DNA of 32,000 nt, taken from positions 1,170,001 to 1,202,000 of the forward strand of contig CP060262.1 of the NCBI GenBank assembly GCA_022646745.1, read 5' to 3'. The translations under genes and the position numbers were made by a program. This document shows, in pieces, positions 31,492 to 32,000 of this stretch. Source of the DNA: Planctomycetales bacterium. GTDB lineage: Bacteria > 4484-113 > JAFGCY01. Each line of letters opens with the position of its first letter. The stretch's first letter is position 1. A model generated the notes under the pieces. The model searched no databases. It was not told the origin of the DNA and saw nothing but the letters and a program-made list of their open reading frames with translations.

Positions 31492-32000
31492 ATGCCGACG
31501 CCGAACGTGCTGCTGCTCACGCGCAAGCCCAGCGGGCACAGCGTGACCCGCCTGATGGAATCCGCCGCGCTGCGCAGTGACCTCGAGCTGCATGTGCTGG
31601 ACCCGCATACGATCCGCCTGCAGACCGGGCCTTCCGGCACGCGGGTCAGCCATGATGAACTGTCCCTCGACCCGGCGAGCTGCGTGCTCGTGCCGCGCAT
31701 CGGCAGTCTGTCCACGGAGTACTCGCTGTACTGCCTGGAGCAGCTTGAGGCACTCGGCATCCCGAGTATCTGCCCCTTCCCGGGCCTGTTGCGCCTGCGC
31801 CACAAGTACAGTGCGCTGGCAGCATTGTCAATGGCCGGCATCCCGGTGCCGGACAGCGTGATGCTGCGCAACCAGGCTGAGCTCCAGCCGGCGGTTGACA
31901 GCGTCGGCGGCTATCCGCTGATCATCAAGTTCATCCGCGGCAGCCAGGGCGTCGGCGTGATCCGCGCCGACCGCGAGGACACAGTACGCAGTGTGCTGGA
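31492..32000 (+). CDS. rimK: RimK-type ATP-grasp alpha-L-glutamate ligase, 5' part (continues beyond the window)
   Basis: Not in the ORF track because there is no stop in the window. My translation from ATG 31492 is MPTPNVLLLTRKPSGHSVTRLMESAALRSDLELHVLDPHTIRL...LVPRIGSLSTEYSLYCLEQLEALGIP...LRHKYSALAALSMAGIPVPDSV...VGGYPLIIKFIRGSQGVGVIRADRED. It is collinear with E. coli RimK (…VIPRIG…RDKLRSLQLLARQGIDLP…[23 protein letters not shown]…). Confidence 0.88.
   Translation, partial: MPTPNVLLLTRKPSGHSVTRLMESAALRSDLELHVLDPHTIRLQTGPSGTRVSHDELSLDPASCVLVPRIGSLSTEYSLYCLEQLEALGIPSICPFPGLLRLRHKYSALAALSMAGIPVPDSVMLRNQAELQPAVDSVGGYPLIIKFIRGSQGVGVIRADREDTVRSVL

Noticed and set aside
29464-31871. Several long - strand ORFs (29464..30048, 29660..30283, 30425..30934, 30768..31871) and + strand alternates
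   Set aside because: All are antisense or out of frame relative to the 877-aa secreted-protein gene and the RimK-like gene. Their translations are P/R/S/G/A low complexity produced by the repetitive GAG/AAG/CAG-rich sense strand.

Overview
High-GC (about 60% by eye) bacterial chromosomal segment, densely coding on both strands. I support about 30 protein-coding genes and found no rRNA, tRNA, CRISPR array, transposase or integrase. Genes recognisable from motifs: dnaN, a TatD-family hydrolase, acylphosphatase, an alkyltransferase-like (ATL) MGMT-family protein, an HD-domain hydrolase, a class-C-like serine hydrolase, a hydantoinase/oxoprolinase-like ASKHA protein, FapA/DUF342, DUF3084, DUF4349, and the 5' part of a RimK-type ATP-grasp ligase (open at the right edge, absent from the ORF track). 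Many long ORFs in the track are antisense artefacts of GC-rich coding DNA. The phylum cannot be assigned from sequence alone. The candidates most worth a second look follow. (1) A co-directional pair: an LPLAT-type acyltransferase and a protein with a very regular 39-aa helical repeat array fused to a C-terminal TIR domain with no NTPase (690-3525). (2) A 656-aa protein with two HARE-HTH-like modules and an HsdM-like N6-adenine methyltransferase fold whose motif I and motif IV are degenerate (6924-8894). (3) A lower-GC patch (about 15.8-19.9 kb) with two tandem divergent paralogs of an unrecognised family, an orphan ABC-2-like permease with a second paralog at 25.7 kb, and twin CACGTG-centred palindromes upstream of a small gene. 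(4) A long imperfect inverted repeat (4370-4520) whose mismatches are mostly G-U compatible on the + strand only. (5) An 870-aa secreted protein with duplicated jelly-roll domains around a ~475-aa E/K/Q/P-rich disordered spacer, followed 4 nt later by the RimK-like ligase. All functional calls come from reading motifs by eye; no database search was possible.
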